This document shows, in pieces, positions 12,801 through 25,400 of a stretch of DNA of 64,000 nucleotides (its first letter is position 1; every line of letters begins with the position of its first letter). Origin of the DNA: Macrostomum lignano (taxonomy: Eukaryota); the NCBI GenBank assembly GCA_002269645.1, contig NIVC01003103.1, positions 62,001 to 126,000 of the forward strand. The letters run 5' to 3'. The notes below the pieces were generated by a model. It ran no database searches. It was not told the origin of the DNA and saw only the letters and a list, made by a program, of their open reading frames with translations. The translations under genes were made by a program, and so were the position numbers.

Positions 12801-14226
12801 TCTCAGGCGGCGGCTGCGGCGGCGGTTTCCAGGCCAGCTTGCGCTGCGGGTTGGAGCTGTGCAGCTCGAGCTCCTCGCGGCTGGGCGGCACAATCAGCTG
12901 CACGGCCTTCTTGGACTGGCGCTGCTTCAGCTCCTCCGGGTACGGCTGCCAATCGGAGCCGGACGGCGCAGCGGCAGCGGCGTTGGCCTCGCTGACCGCG
13001 GCAGCCACCGATGGGTCAATGGTCATCGGCATCATCGTTGGCGGAGGCTGGGACGGTGCCTCGGTCGCGCCGGAGCCAAAGTACGCCTTGAGCTTGTTTA
13101 GCGCCTCATCAATGGCGGAGCGGCTCTCCGGGTTGAGGCTGCTCAAATTGATCTGCGGCTCAGTTGGCGAGGCTACCGCCGCCGCCGCCTGCTGCTGCTG
13201 CACATGCTGCTCGGTGATGACCTTGTTGAAGTTCTGCGTGTACCAATTGCGGTAGTAGGCGTCGTAGTACTGGCTGTAGTACCGCTGCATCTCCTCCGCA
13301 CTCGGCACGGCACCCGCAGCGGCCGCCGCCGCAGCTGCAGCCGCCGTGGCAGCAGACGCTTGGCCGGCGAGGTCGTTGATGTCGGCAGTCGAGGATGCAG
13401 CCGCAGCCGCTGCGGCGGCAGCTGCGTCAGACATGCTGTCAGCCAGGTTCTGCTGCATCTGGACGGACTCCTGGCTGTAGAGGCTCTCAGATGGCACGAA
13501 GGTGCCGTCCTCAGCGTACTGACTCTGCTGGGCCAGCTGCTCTGCTCGCCAGGTGGCGGCGGCCCCAGCATTGTCCCATTGCGTGTTGTCAATCTTCTCG
13601 GGCCCATTGCTAGGCGGATACTGAGGCGCCTGCTGCTCCTGCGGCTGCTCCTTGACCATCGGCTGAGCGGGCGCGGAGGGGGCAGTGGCAGCAGCTGACT
13701 GCGCAGGCTGCGGGTTAGGCAGCATGGACACCGGCGGGAATGCAGACACCGGGGTGGCAGTCATGCCGCCGTCCGACCCGAAGACCTGGCTTGGCGGCAG
13801 AAGAAGCGGGCCGCTCTGTACTGTTGCGGTTTGCTGCTGATACAGCTGCTGCTGCTGCTGCCACTGCTCAGGCATAGCAGCGGCTGCACTGGCATAATAG
13901 TCATTGGGCACAGCTGCAGGCACTGGAGCTGCCTGCTGCGGCTGCGGAGGCGGCCAGCCGGTCTCGGGCACAATGTACTTTCCGGCCACCAGAGGACAGC
14001 CGGAGAGGGGATGAGGTTCCCAGCCGATGTCCACATTGAATTCGATTTTGTGTTTGGAGAAGCGCAGCCGAGTCTGGGCTTCGCTGTCGCGCGTGTCGGT
14101 TTGCACGCAGGCGTCCTGCACTGTGCGGGCGCGCTTGCCGCTGCCGTGCCGGTGGTGGCCGGCCTTGTGGCTGCTGCTGCGCTTGCGGTCCTCTGCAGTG
14201 ACGGGGAGGCGGGGCGGGAGCTCAGG
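9853..14226 (-). CDS. NKRF-like RNA-binding protein (two dsRBD-like domains, degenerate R3H, low-complexity Q/A/P-rich termini); 5' end unresolved
   Basis: Exons ~14226-12537, 11759-11056 and 10806-9853. Intron 12536-11760 (G|GTAAG...CCGCCAG|CC, phase 1) joins CDILI to ANVFITQGGADWKNGSQEAAARQAFKLL, resembling NKRF CEVRCQNIYLTTGYAGSKNGSRDRATELAVKLL. A second domain NPVRFLYNSGRFSNMLISFEFE...FNCALFVDRQFAGYGYG resembles NKRF. DFMQLLTHYVK...CELGLFYRIVG resembles its R3H. The second donor (CGG|GTTTGT at 11055) is weak but phase-consistent. Confidence 0.7.
11922..12184 (-). mobile_element. tRNA-derived SINE in intron 1 of the NKRF-like gene
   Basis: Minus strand has A-box TAGCCTAGTGG, B-box GGTTCGATTCC, a central GTGTCCCTGAGTAAGACACTTAAC motif typical of SINE core domains, and a (TTA)n tail. 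Candidate TSD CCTACGTCA at 11913-11921 and 12185-12193. Confidence 0.75.
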
Positions 14227-14691
14227 CTGGCCACGGGGCAATCGGATTGAGCAGGGGGGGGGGGCGCCCGCCCTACTGCCTGATGCGGCTTGCCGCTTCC
14301 CCGTGGGTTTCTAACAAGTCAGCTTGGGACTCTTATTGAAATAAAAAGCGCACTTAAAATATTTAATTTGGATTCGTAGTGTTTACTACAGCAGCAATAA
14401 GGTGGGTACACCTGGACAGGTACTCACAGAGAGTGACAGAGCTTCTCAGATATGAAAACATGGAATGTGCACAAACCAAAGTCTATTGAAAATGTGAACT
14501 CCATAATGACACCTGGATATTGAGCAGTTTACTACCCACAGGATAAGCAAGCCATCACTGCTTAGTAACCCTTTCGCTTGAGTTGTTTTGTCGCAACTCA
14601 AAACCCCCGAGCACGCACGCGAAGACACGCACTCGCACAGGGTCTACAGTGGCCCTGAAATTCTCATCGGCTGGTGCCGCTGAGGGTTAGA

Positions 14692-14765
14692 CTCTCACGG
14701 TCGGGAGTCGAACCCCGGGCACTTCTGGCACGACTAATGCAGTTCTTTCCACTGAGGAGAACTCA
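14692..14765 (-). mobile_element. degenerate tRNA-like/SINE head fragment
   Basis: Minus strand has A-box-like TCCTCAGTGG and B-box GGTTCGACTCC at tRNA-like spacing, but the arms do not pair as a cloverleaf. Confidence 0.3.
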
Positions 14766-17617
14766 AATAGAAAGTGATCTCAAAGCAGCAAGTCACAAAA
14801 GCAGCAAAGCCACAAAATTTAAAGAGAAAAACCAAAAGCCGCAAGTGAACAGAGTGGCTCAGCTGATCAAGGACAGCGTTTATTTTTGCAATTTACTGTC
14901 ACTCAAATATTGAAACTGGCTAGTCATGGCCCAGCTAATCCAGCGCTACTCCTGAAATACTTCACAGACTGTGCCTCGACTTCCATCTGCCTGGCTGCTC
15001 GCCTAAGTCTCTCGAATATTAAAGGCAAATGACGAAACAGAGAAAGAAGAACAAAACTCGAATCCAACTGGTGTTCTCAATTTACTATTTTTATCGAACA
15101 ATTGGCGGGCACAACAGGTAATAAAATGCACAGCGGCGGGTGGCAGCGGCCTCGCTCTGCCTTACCCTTGTGTGAAGACATTAAAGGTCGGCAACCTGGA
15201 TCGCTAGAGAGTTCGCGCCGCCTTCCTTTGGCAGAGGCGCGGCAGGTCAAGACGGTGGATTTGGGCGATTCAATGCATGCATAAGTTTTGGCATGGCTTA
15301 ATTACAAATGTCTAATCCGATTCTATCAATAGTTGGAGCTTATGAGATCAGCTTAAATCCATGTAGAAGATTATATACCTTAATATATTTTAATTAGCTC
15401 TTAACTTTTGCCAGACACTATTGGCAAAAGCCAGACACTATATGCCAGACACTTAAACCACATATAATATATAATATTATATATTATATGTGGTTTAATG
15501 GTGTGGTTATATATACATCATCACTATCAATATAAATGAGTAAGGTACCCTACATGTTAATTATTATACTAATAGTAATAATATATTGGCTACATATTAA
15601 CACAATATACAAGTAGGCCTTATTCAACTTTGATAAAAAAGAATATCTAATTTATATCTTTGTTTTATTAGCAATATTGATATTCACTAAAAACCATAGT
15701 GCACGTAAATATAATTTTTGGCACATATATATAGCATGCAAAGGTTCCAATCTATAATGCAACATGCCAATAAAAGAAATATAGACTAAAGGGAAGACAA
15801 AAACAGATCAAGTGGAGTAAAAATAAGGGGAATATGGACTAAAGGAAGGGAAAACCCAATATTTGCCTTTAGAAAATATGCCATTTCTGCAATTGGCCAA
15901 TTGCTATACTAAAAGAGGAAGAATCTTATATCTAAAGCTGAGTAGATTGATTGACCAATAGACTGGGTTTCATGTGTATGTCCTCATAGACGACTGCCAA
16001 CTCAAATACAAAACTTATATATATATTTTTTTTCTTATTATATATATATATATATATGCAGAATTTTCTTATGCAACAAATAGGCTATTAAAATATTGAA
16101 ATTTTCAAAATTAAGTCTGTTAAAAAAGCAGAAAACTATTTTTCAAACCTTCTTTGGCCACTTTTTCTGCTTTGAACTGAAAATTTGCATCAATTTTGAG
16201 TGATTGTGCCATATCTGTTTCCTATCTTGGCAGTATATTTTCTCTCTAGTGGGGGATAAAGGCATTCTAAGTGGCTATGTGTGTACACTTGGGCCCTTGC
16301 TAAATGGCAGACAGTGAAATCCAATGCATAAACTTGCGAGCCTCTCACTGTAGCAGGCAATGAATGTACACTTGAAAATTCAATGCTTTAAACTGGGAAA
16401 TTTTAAATGCAAACTATTCCTCCAGTTTTGAACTTTGAGAGAAGAGACTTATATTGCTGGAAAGATCTTTCAAGAAAGGCTGACCATTTTGGCAAAAAAA
16501 TTATTCCAAGCTTTGCTGAAGAGTTTTTTGTTTTAGAAGAAAGTTAAAAATAAAAATGAAAAACTTTATAAAGACTAATTTTATTGTGACATGTTTTTGT
16601 TTTGTTGCAGTTTAATTTAGTTGTTTTTTTAGATACCTTTCTATTACAGCGGAATTTCAAAGTACAATTTAAGGAGCCTGGATAATCTGAAAAACCACAC
16701 CATTATCATACCTAATCTATTGACTGCATCAATAGATCGCATGTACATAACATAGCTATAAACTAAGTCATGAGTTTTTTTTAATTTTCTAACTGCAAAT
16801 AATTTGCAGCAATGAACAATTTATTAAAAGCTTCAATCACCAAAGTGGTATATTTGCAATATATATGTAGCCCATTTTTTGCCAAACTGGTCACTTTCTT
16901 TCACCGAAATTTACATCATTGAAACTTAAAATTCACTTTTGCCGAAGCGTCTTTTGCTGAAAAATTCCTTTGCTGAAATTGGCTGCACCCATCCAATAGA
17001 TGCTAGAGGGATGGGAGATAATCAACCCTTGATAGATACAAATTTGGCCATCTAGGGGCTTATAGCCTATAGTCCAGATCATATTAAGTACATACCAAAA
17101 TGCCCTATAACAAAATTTATAAATGCATACCAATGGCCAATACTAAACAAATCTATAGTATAAATGCTAATATACTGAGACAAATATTATAATGAAATTT
17201 GGACTATGCAAAAGACCAGCAAAGATCTGATATAATTTATTAAAATGGAATGGAAGATATTATAAATCTAACAAAAATCATAGTTATTAATATAATACAT
17301 ACTGTGCATGGCAATGCAATCATAAATTAATTTTTAATTTTTAATACTATATATACTAAGGTTTTAGAATAACACTAGAAAATTCTAGTATTTCTTCTAT
17401 ATTATACTATATTATACTTCTATATTATATCTTCTAGAAGATAATAGTCCAATTTAGTAATAGCCACTTTGGTAAGCCACTTTGGTAACAAATGACTTAT
17501 TTCATGGAGAGGATTTCCATGAGGAATGACTTATTTCATTTGTAATAGCCATTTTAGTAATAGCCACTTTAGTAACAAGTGAACATAATAGTATATATTA
17601 ATTGATATGCTCCAAAA

Positions 17618-17907
17618 CATACATGCGCAACAGTCGGCCAATCTGGCTGACCGACTTGGCAGCCAATCAAGGAAGTCACAAAAATGCCTACCCGAAAAAA
17701 TACCAAAGTAGTATTACTAAGTAGCTATTGAGGCATTTTGACCTAATAAGACAGTTATAGTTACTCCTGCCATTTACTCAAAGTTGCGTTAATTTTGTGT
17801 TACGGTTTTTATTATATGTAAGTCACATTTTTGGCCAAAAATTATGTTGCATGTTTGTTAAAACTAAGTCGCATGGCTGACCAAACTTTGGAGGTTGCGC
17901 ATGTATG
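17618..17907. mobile_element. 290-bp MITE, hAT-like
   Basis: Perfect 14-bp TIR CATACATGCGCAAC (17618-17631) / GTTGCGCATGTATG (17894-17907). 8-bp TSD CTCCAAAA at 17610-17617 and 17908-17915. Confidence 0.88.
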
Positions 17908-18543
17908 CTCCAAAAGAATGTGCAAATGAGGTTTTGGAAAGAATGACAAAAAAGAATTAAGATACATTCTTGCACACTTGTAGAGATAAAATGATATAGA
18001 AAACTAGGCCTATTTAATGTATATATGCATATGTTTAACTTGTTTAAAAGTGTTTTAACTGCAATCCATTTTAATTTCTGGGAGCATTAGATGTATAGTT
18101 AATGACTTTAAAATAATAAGATTTACTTTAAGTTTTCATTTTTATAATGCATTTTGCTGTATTTTTTTGCTTTCAAATATTTAGAAAATGAATGCAAAAG
18201 TTTAAAATAATTATAGTATAGTTTAACTAAAAAACTAAGTACTAAAGTTAATAGTGTTTTAGTATAAGTTTAAGTATAAGTTTTAAGTATTAGTTTAAGT
18301 TTTAGTATAATGGATCTTGTTATCAATGATAATATTGTGTTGCATTGCACTTTTTTATATTTGTCTATAAATTGACTAGGCCTATAAATTTTATAATAGG
18401 CCTACAACAAACAATTTAGCTGCTAGGCCCCTATAGTTCAAGTGACATATATACCAAGATTTCCCAGTATAGGCCTACAAGGGTACTTACCATTTTCAAC
18501 GTATTAGCATATATATCAGCATATATCCCAATGTGTATAACAT

Positions 18544-19168
18544 GCTGCAGTGTCACTGCTGCGATGTCAGCAGTTCGTCTACCTCGGCGGTCTGGTTCCA
18601 GACGCTCGCGAGGACCTGCGACGCCGCCGCGGGCTTGCCTGGGCTGCCTTTCGTTCTGTGAGGGCAGTCCTGCAGTCCGAGGCCCTACCGGACCGCCAGA
18701 GGGCGGTGCTGTTCCAGGCGGTAATCGAGACTGTCCTGCTGTACAACGCCGAGACCTGGACGCTGACGGACTCACTCGAACAGCAAGTTGATGCGGCGCA
18801 CGCTAGTCTGCTGCGCGCCGCCTTCAACATCGGCGTCGAGCGAGTCACCAATGCGGCACTCTATCGCCGCGCTGGCCTGCCACGTCCAAGTGATCTACTG
18901 CACCGTCGGCGACTCCAGCTCGCAGGCCATCTCATCTGCGCCGAGTCGTACTGCCCACAGCCAGTGCAGGAGGTGCTGCTGCTCACGCTGCAGGCACCCT
19001 ACCGGCGAGGTCAAGCGCAAACTCGGCGTTATGTCAACTGTCTGCTGGCTGACGCCGGCGCCCCGGACACTGCCGGTGGCGCGGCCTTTGTTCACGCCCA
19101 AGCCATGAAGCGCGCCCTGTGACACTGACTTTTACCATCATAACAGCGTATTTTGTTGTTGTTGTTGT
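18544..19168 (+). mobile_element. 5'-truncated non-LTR retrotransposon (RTE-like ORF2 C-terminus)
   Basis: GC-rich island encoding FVYLGG...AWAAF...VLLYNAETWTLT...RRRLQLAGH (post-RT region of LINE ORF2). (TTG)n 3' tail. TSD TGTATAACAT at 18534-18543 and 19169-19178. Confidence 0.88.
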
Positions 19169-21335
19169 TGTATAACATAGTAGAAAATATTCAGCTTAGA
19201 TCTATGGTATATTTATATATGTTAGGATCAAATAAAGTGACTTTACATAGAACATGATTCATGCAATACTATTAATGTGGATTCAAGAAATAAGTAATAA
19301 TAAAAAACAATTTTAAACTTTATGCCCTATAAAAATTTTTTTATAAATAAAAGTATTTAAATAAATATTAACTTTATTTAAGTTTTTATAATTGTCTTTC
19401 CTCAATGCAGATTACAAAAGTGCATAATTTTAGTTTGCTAGGCTTACTTTTCTCTATATGAATAATAAATTCTAGAATGAAAAAAGTGTACAACTTTGGC
19501 ATACAAAGTTTAAAACATTTTTTGTCTAGCATACAAATATGGTCTTGCATTTTCCTTTACTGGACCTGGCAACTGGCATACATTAGTACATTATCTGAAC
19601 TATGCCTAGTAGGCCCTAGTATATATTATATAATAAAATATTAATTTATTCATTTTTTTGGGCTCTAAAATTAGAAATCAATACAATTCAAGCAAAAAAG
19701 TTAACAATTCTATATGACAGTAGACAGTTAACACATAGCCATAGGCCTATGCCTATAGCCTATATAGGCTACTTGGTCTATTACTAGAATAGAATGACAG
19801 AACTGTTATTACCAACTGTTCAGTTAATACCATATTTAAATGCCAATAAAAATTGTCATCATTCTCTAGATTCTAGGACCCACTCTTGTTGCTGTTGCAG
19901 GCCTACAACACATACATGTAGTAGTAGAGCTCTAATTATAACATTTGGTTAAAAGATAATTGTGAAACACAAAATTATTAAGAAATAAATGGGGGTTGTG
20001 GCAAAGCTAATTAATGACTAGCATTCTAATCTAGTCTAGTAGTCTTCTCTATGACTACTATTTGACTATTTCATCTTTACTTTTACTTTCATAAGTTTTT
20101 AGCGCTTCAACTCTATGTATTTCTTTTACAATCTAATTGGAGTAGGGCCTAAACAGATTGGTTTTCAGAGTTTGACAAAACTATTCGATCGGTTAGCTAG
20201 CTAGCGTTTCAATTCTAACGTTAACACAATATTGTTGTTGTAGTTAGTACTTACTGATGAAGCTCGCAATAAATTCAAAAAAATGCAAATAAGATTTTGT
20301 TTTACTCTTTTGCTGTTTCTAAACAAAGTTTATGACTTAAAAACATGTACATGCCTAAAAAATTAGTTTTTGTTATATTCGAAAAACCAAAACAAAATAT
20401 AATTTCATTTACTTATCAGATACTTCTAAAAGAATTTATGATGAAACTTCTTGCAAACATAATTTTAAAAAGTGACGTGCAAGCAACGCGATATGTTCAA
20501 TTAGTTTTTTCATCGTTTATTGTTTTGTACTCTTTGCTTTGCATTTTTATATGCTATAAATATCTCAATCGTAAGCAAATGATTACCCAAAACTCTGTAT
20601 TCATTGCGCTACTTTGGTTACTTACTTCCCTTTCATTAAATCTCTCATTTTGTGTATTCATAACCTGTTTTTAATTTCCTATTTAAATTAAAGACAGCTG
20701 GTAGCTTCTGGTGCTATTAGCCTTGAACTTGGCTATTTTTTGTATGCTGACTGTGTACACTTCATGTTGAACCTGAAAATTTTATATGTCAAGTGTTATG
20801 CCAAGATTGTTAGCAAAAGCAAAAATATGCTGGAAAATTCTGGCATAAAGGCCACTTTCCAGACTATGGCTTCCAGCTCCAGCAAAAATTGTCATATTCG
20901 ATATTGTCATATGTGGGTTACAAGAAAAACAACTAAATTATCTAAATCGTCATTGTCTCTGCATTTAGACAATGCTGAATTCACTAAATTGTCATATTAT
21001 GTTTCATTGTCTACACAAGGATCTTGGCTCTCATAGCAGCAACATGTTCTTGTTTGATAACAAAATGATTTTCAACTTTAAATTATATTTATACCATCCG
21101 CTTAAAAGATGCAAAGCCTTGGACTAAGTCTTATATTAAAGTTAATGTTTCAGCTGAATTTCAAGGGTTAACCATAGAATACTTATGAATATAAAGCTTT
21201 ACAATTTTAAATTAAAATAAGAATTAAATTTTTTTGCTTTTATAACTAATTAAAACTATAAATGAGATCCTTGTCATTGATTTTGTGTTTATCTAACTTT
21301 CTTAGCATGCATGCTTTGTATTATAGCCTTGTATA

Positions 21336-21814
21336 CCAGCATGGAATTCTTGCATCTGGCATATAAAATGGAAAATTGCGACTTTTTTTCAGCGCATAAT
21401 TCCATGTTGAACCAAAGCAATTTTTACAATCTTAAACAAAATTTAATGGCACAATTTTTGGCATTACCAATTGTCAAAATAATGTTTTGCGATAGTCTCA
21501 TATTCTTATTTTTAGACAACTCGTTACAATAGATAGAACAATAATTATCTTTGTTTTTTAAGTAAAAAAATTTAAATTTGAACAGTTCATAAATAACAAA
21601 CTATAAAATGTTATGTCTTTGTAGTAATTCTACATTTAATACTATAAAATCAGTAATTTAAACTGTGCAAACAGTCACAAAATAATTGGCAATTTTTGTT
21701 GCATTTTTGCAGCCTATACAGGTGCGCAATTTTTTTTGCGTTGCGCAATTTTTCACAATTTTTTTCCAAAATCCAAAAACGCATTGCAATTTTTGTGCAA
21801 GAATTCCATCCTGG
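21336..21814. mobile_element. 479-bp MITE with 8-bp TSD
   Basis: TIR CCAGCATGGAATTCTTGCA versus reverse complement CCAGGATGGAATTCTTGCA. TSD CTTGTATA at 21328-21335 and 21815-21822. Confidence 0.85.
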
Positions 21815-22431
21815 CTTGTATATAGCTAATGTAATTTATTCAAATAGATTATCCAAAACATAGCATGCCAGTTTAACAAAATAAATAATATATTTTTAGG
21901 TAAAGAAAAAGTGTTATAAAGCTTTATTAAATTATTATTAAATTACTCTTTGGGCATCATAAACTAAGGCAGTGAAAAACAAACTAGGATACCAAAAATC
22001 ATGGAAACCTTAAGCATAAAGTCATAATAAAATTAAAGGCAACACAATAAAAAAAATTTTAAATTCTTCACTATGTATTTGTATCATTAGTAATTAGTTA
22101 TATCTGATATTTTGTTGCCCCTAGTCAAGAAACAAATTTAATATGATTTTTGTCTATTATGAAAAATGTCAATTTGTTCATTTATGGTTTCATTGTATGA
22201 CTTAATTTTTTTATTGTAACATTATATGTTTGCATGGCATTAATAGATAGCAATTTATTTATTTCATGTTGCAAGTTGACTTGTTCAAAATCAATAATGG
22301 AAATATGTAAGTCAAATGTCACTATTTTCATGATACTAATAATTAAAAAATGTATTTGATCTCAATATTGACTATGGTCTTCACAGATATTTAATGTTTA
22401 TAATTTTTCCCCACTTGCCAATGCATTTTAG

Positions 22432-25400
22432 TGCAGCAAGCTGTTACAAATTACTGCAAACTTGACAAAAAGTTGGACTCCTGTACAACTATGTAAGTAC
22501 TAACATGGTCAGGCTGTCACCTGTGCTATTGTCTTGTCTATGCAGGCCACTTCCATAGGACTCACCAATTCTTGCACTTTGCAGCTCTGAGCTGTATGAT
22601 CGAATTGGCGGCACTGAGCTGGGCGCCTCCCTGCTGTGCACCGCCAATCCCGAGCAGCAGCTGCAGGTCACTCACTGGGTTCGCTACTCCCTGCTCCACC
22701 TGCGCCAGCGGCCTGACCTGCTGGCCTCTGCGCTGGCCCACGCCACCTACCTGGTGGGCGGCAGCCTCAGCCTGGCCGACCTGGCTGTCTGGGCGCAGCT
22801 CAGCTGCTGTCCGCGCTGGCAGGCCGCCAGGAAAGCCGGCGCCGCTCAGGCTGAGATCGAGCGGCACTTCCGGCTGATTGGCGCCGAGGTTGGCGACGCT
22901 GTTGGCGCGCTGAAAGCCCCAGCGACTGCGGCACCGGGCGATAGCGGCGCCGCTGGCATGAAGTTCGAGGAGGGCGGCAAATTCCGCGACCTCTCTGGTG
23001 CCGTGCACGGCGAGGTGGTGGTTCGATTCCCGCCCGAGGCCAGCGGCTACCTGCACGTCGGCCATGCCAAAGCCGCGCTGTTGAATCAGCATTACAGGAA
23101 CAGCTGCGGCGGCCGTCTCATCATGCGATTTGATGACACTAATCCGGCCAAGGAGACTGCCGAGTTTGAGCAGGTTAGAATGCGAATGCCAGTTTCGCGT
23201 GTCCCAGTGTCTCTAACGTACCATTTGGCAGCTGCATGCTGAAGTACTCAGGGTAGGTAGATGCACTTCTAAAGTACTTAAGGCAGGTACATTTGGATGC
23301 ACTTCTTAAGTACTCGGGCCCCGTTTCTGTGCTGTAATTGGTCCATACCCCAATGGTGCTATTTCTAAAATCCACGGTACCAATGTGTAATTTGGAGTAT
23401 TGGAGTCTCTAGTTTTTCAGTGCGACGCGACTGCTTCCCTCAGGTAATCCTAGAGGACGTGGCCGCCCTGGGCATCACCTACGATCATTTCTCGCACACG
23501 TCCGACCACTTCGACCGGATGATGCAGCTGTGCGAGCGAATGCTGCGCGAAGGCAAGGCTTTTGTTGACGACACGGACCCAGAGGCCATGAAGGCCGAGC
23601 GGGAGAAGCGGGTGGAATCCCGCAATAGAAACAATTGTGAGTGTAAAGCTTTACCTTAGCTATAATACTACTGGCTTCAGTAGTCAGTTTGGTTTATTTC
23701 ACTGAACTCCGACTCCATCTCCCCTGGTCAGCCGTGGAGCAGAACATGCGCCTGTGGGAGGAGATGAAGGCCGGCACTCCGCTGGGCTGTCGGTGCTGCG
23801 TGCGCGCCAAAATTGACATGCAATCGGACAATGGCTGCATGCGCGATCCCACCATCTACAGGTGCAAAAATGAGCCGCATCTGCGCACCGGTACTAAGTA
23901 CAAGTGAGTGCTGTTGGAGTAGCAATAAGTAAATCTGCTGAATTTATGACAATCCAGAATCAGTAACTGACTTTTCTAACCGTCATTGAAGAGTCTACCC
24001 GACCTACGACTTCGCCTGCCCGATTGTGGACTCGCTGGAGGGCGTCACGCACGCCCTGCGCACCCTGGAGTACAAGGACCGCGATGCCCAGTACAATTGG
24101 TTCATTGACGCGCTGGGTGAGCTGACACAGCTGACCTACCTGATCACTACTTGCACCAAATGTGAAACATTAGTCACTGAGATTTCTTGTCGGTCTTTCT
24201 GTTTTTGAAGGTCTTCGCCGGCCCCTGCTAGAGGAGTTCAGCCGACTGGCCCTGCAGAACACGGTGCTGAGCAAGCGCAAGCTCACCTGGTTCGTGAACG
24301 AAGGCCTGGTGGACGGCTGGGACGATCCCCGATTCCCCACCGTGCGGGGCATCCTCCGGCGTGGCATGACGCTCGAGGGCCTGCGGCAGTTCATCCTGGC
24401 CCAGGGATTCGCCAAATCCAACGCCACCATGGAGTGGGACAAGATCTGGGCGTTCAACAAGAAGGTGATCGACCCGGTGGCGCCCAGGTACACGGCGCTG
24501 TTCAAGAAAGAGGCTGTGCCGGTCCGAGTGACCAACTTTGACCGCGCCGAGCCCTACAGCTCCAAGGCGAGTCCTAGGTTTATTATTGTTTTAGCATGAC
24601 GAAGTTTTGTTCTTCAGAATGCTTTTTTAGTTTTTTACGCAGCGTCCGTGCAAATTAATAATCAGCCGCTCCACCTTGCAGGTTGCGCTGCACCCAAAGA
24701 ACGCGGACGTCGGCACTAAAACGATGTGGCACTGGCGCGAATTGCTCATTGAAGGCGCCGACGCACAGACTCTGCACGAAGGCGAGCTGGTCACCTTCAT
24801 CAACTGGGGCAACCTCTGCGTTACCCGCCTGGTCCGCGCGCCAGACGGCCGAGTCACAGAGGTTGAGGCTGAGCTTCGGTTGGACAACACAGACTACAAG
24901 AAGACGCTGAAGGTCACGTGGCTGGCAAACCTGCCCGCCAACCTGGTGCCCGCCGTGTGCGTCCACTACGATCACATCATCAGCAAGCCGCTGGTGGGCA
25001 AGGACGAGGACTTCCGGCAGTTTGTGAACCGGAACTCCAAGAGACAGGAGCTGATGCTGGGTGATGAAGGACTGGCCAACCTCCGCAAAGGCGACATCAT
25101 CCAGCTTCAACGGCGCGGCTTCTTCATCTGCGATGAACCAGCAGGCGAGAGCGCGTACTCGGGCTGCGCCATGCCCTGCTACCTCATTGCCGTGCCCGAC
25201 GGCCACCAGAAGGAGATGCCGACTTCCGGGTCCAAGCACAAGGAGGCTCCGGCCGGCCAGGAGGCCAAGGCAAGCACCGGCGGCCGCGTCTCCTCGAAGG
25301 GCGCGGCAGGCAAGGCGGCCTCAAAGAAGGCCTCGTCACCGCCGGCCGTGACAGCAACGGTTAATGGCGGCGGTCCAGGACCAGACGCTAGAAGCCTTGA

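Noticed and set aside
16479-16989. Possible MULE-like element
   Set aside because: The end similarity is weak and there is no matching TSD.
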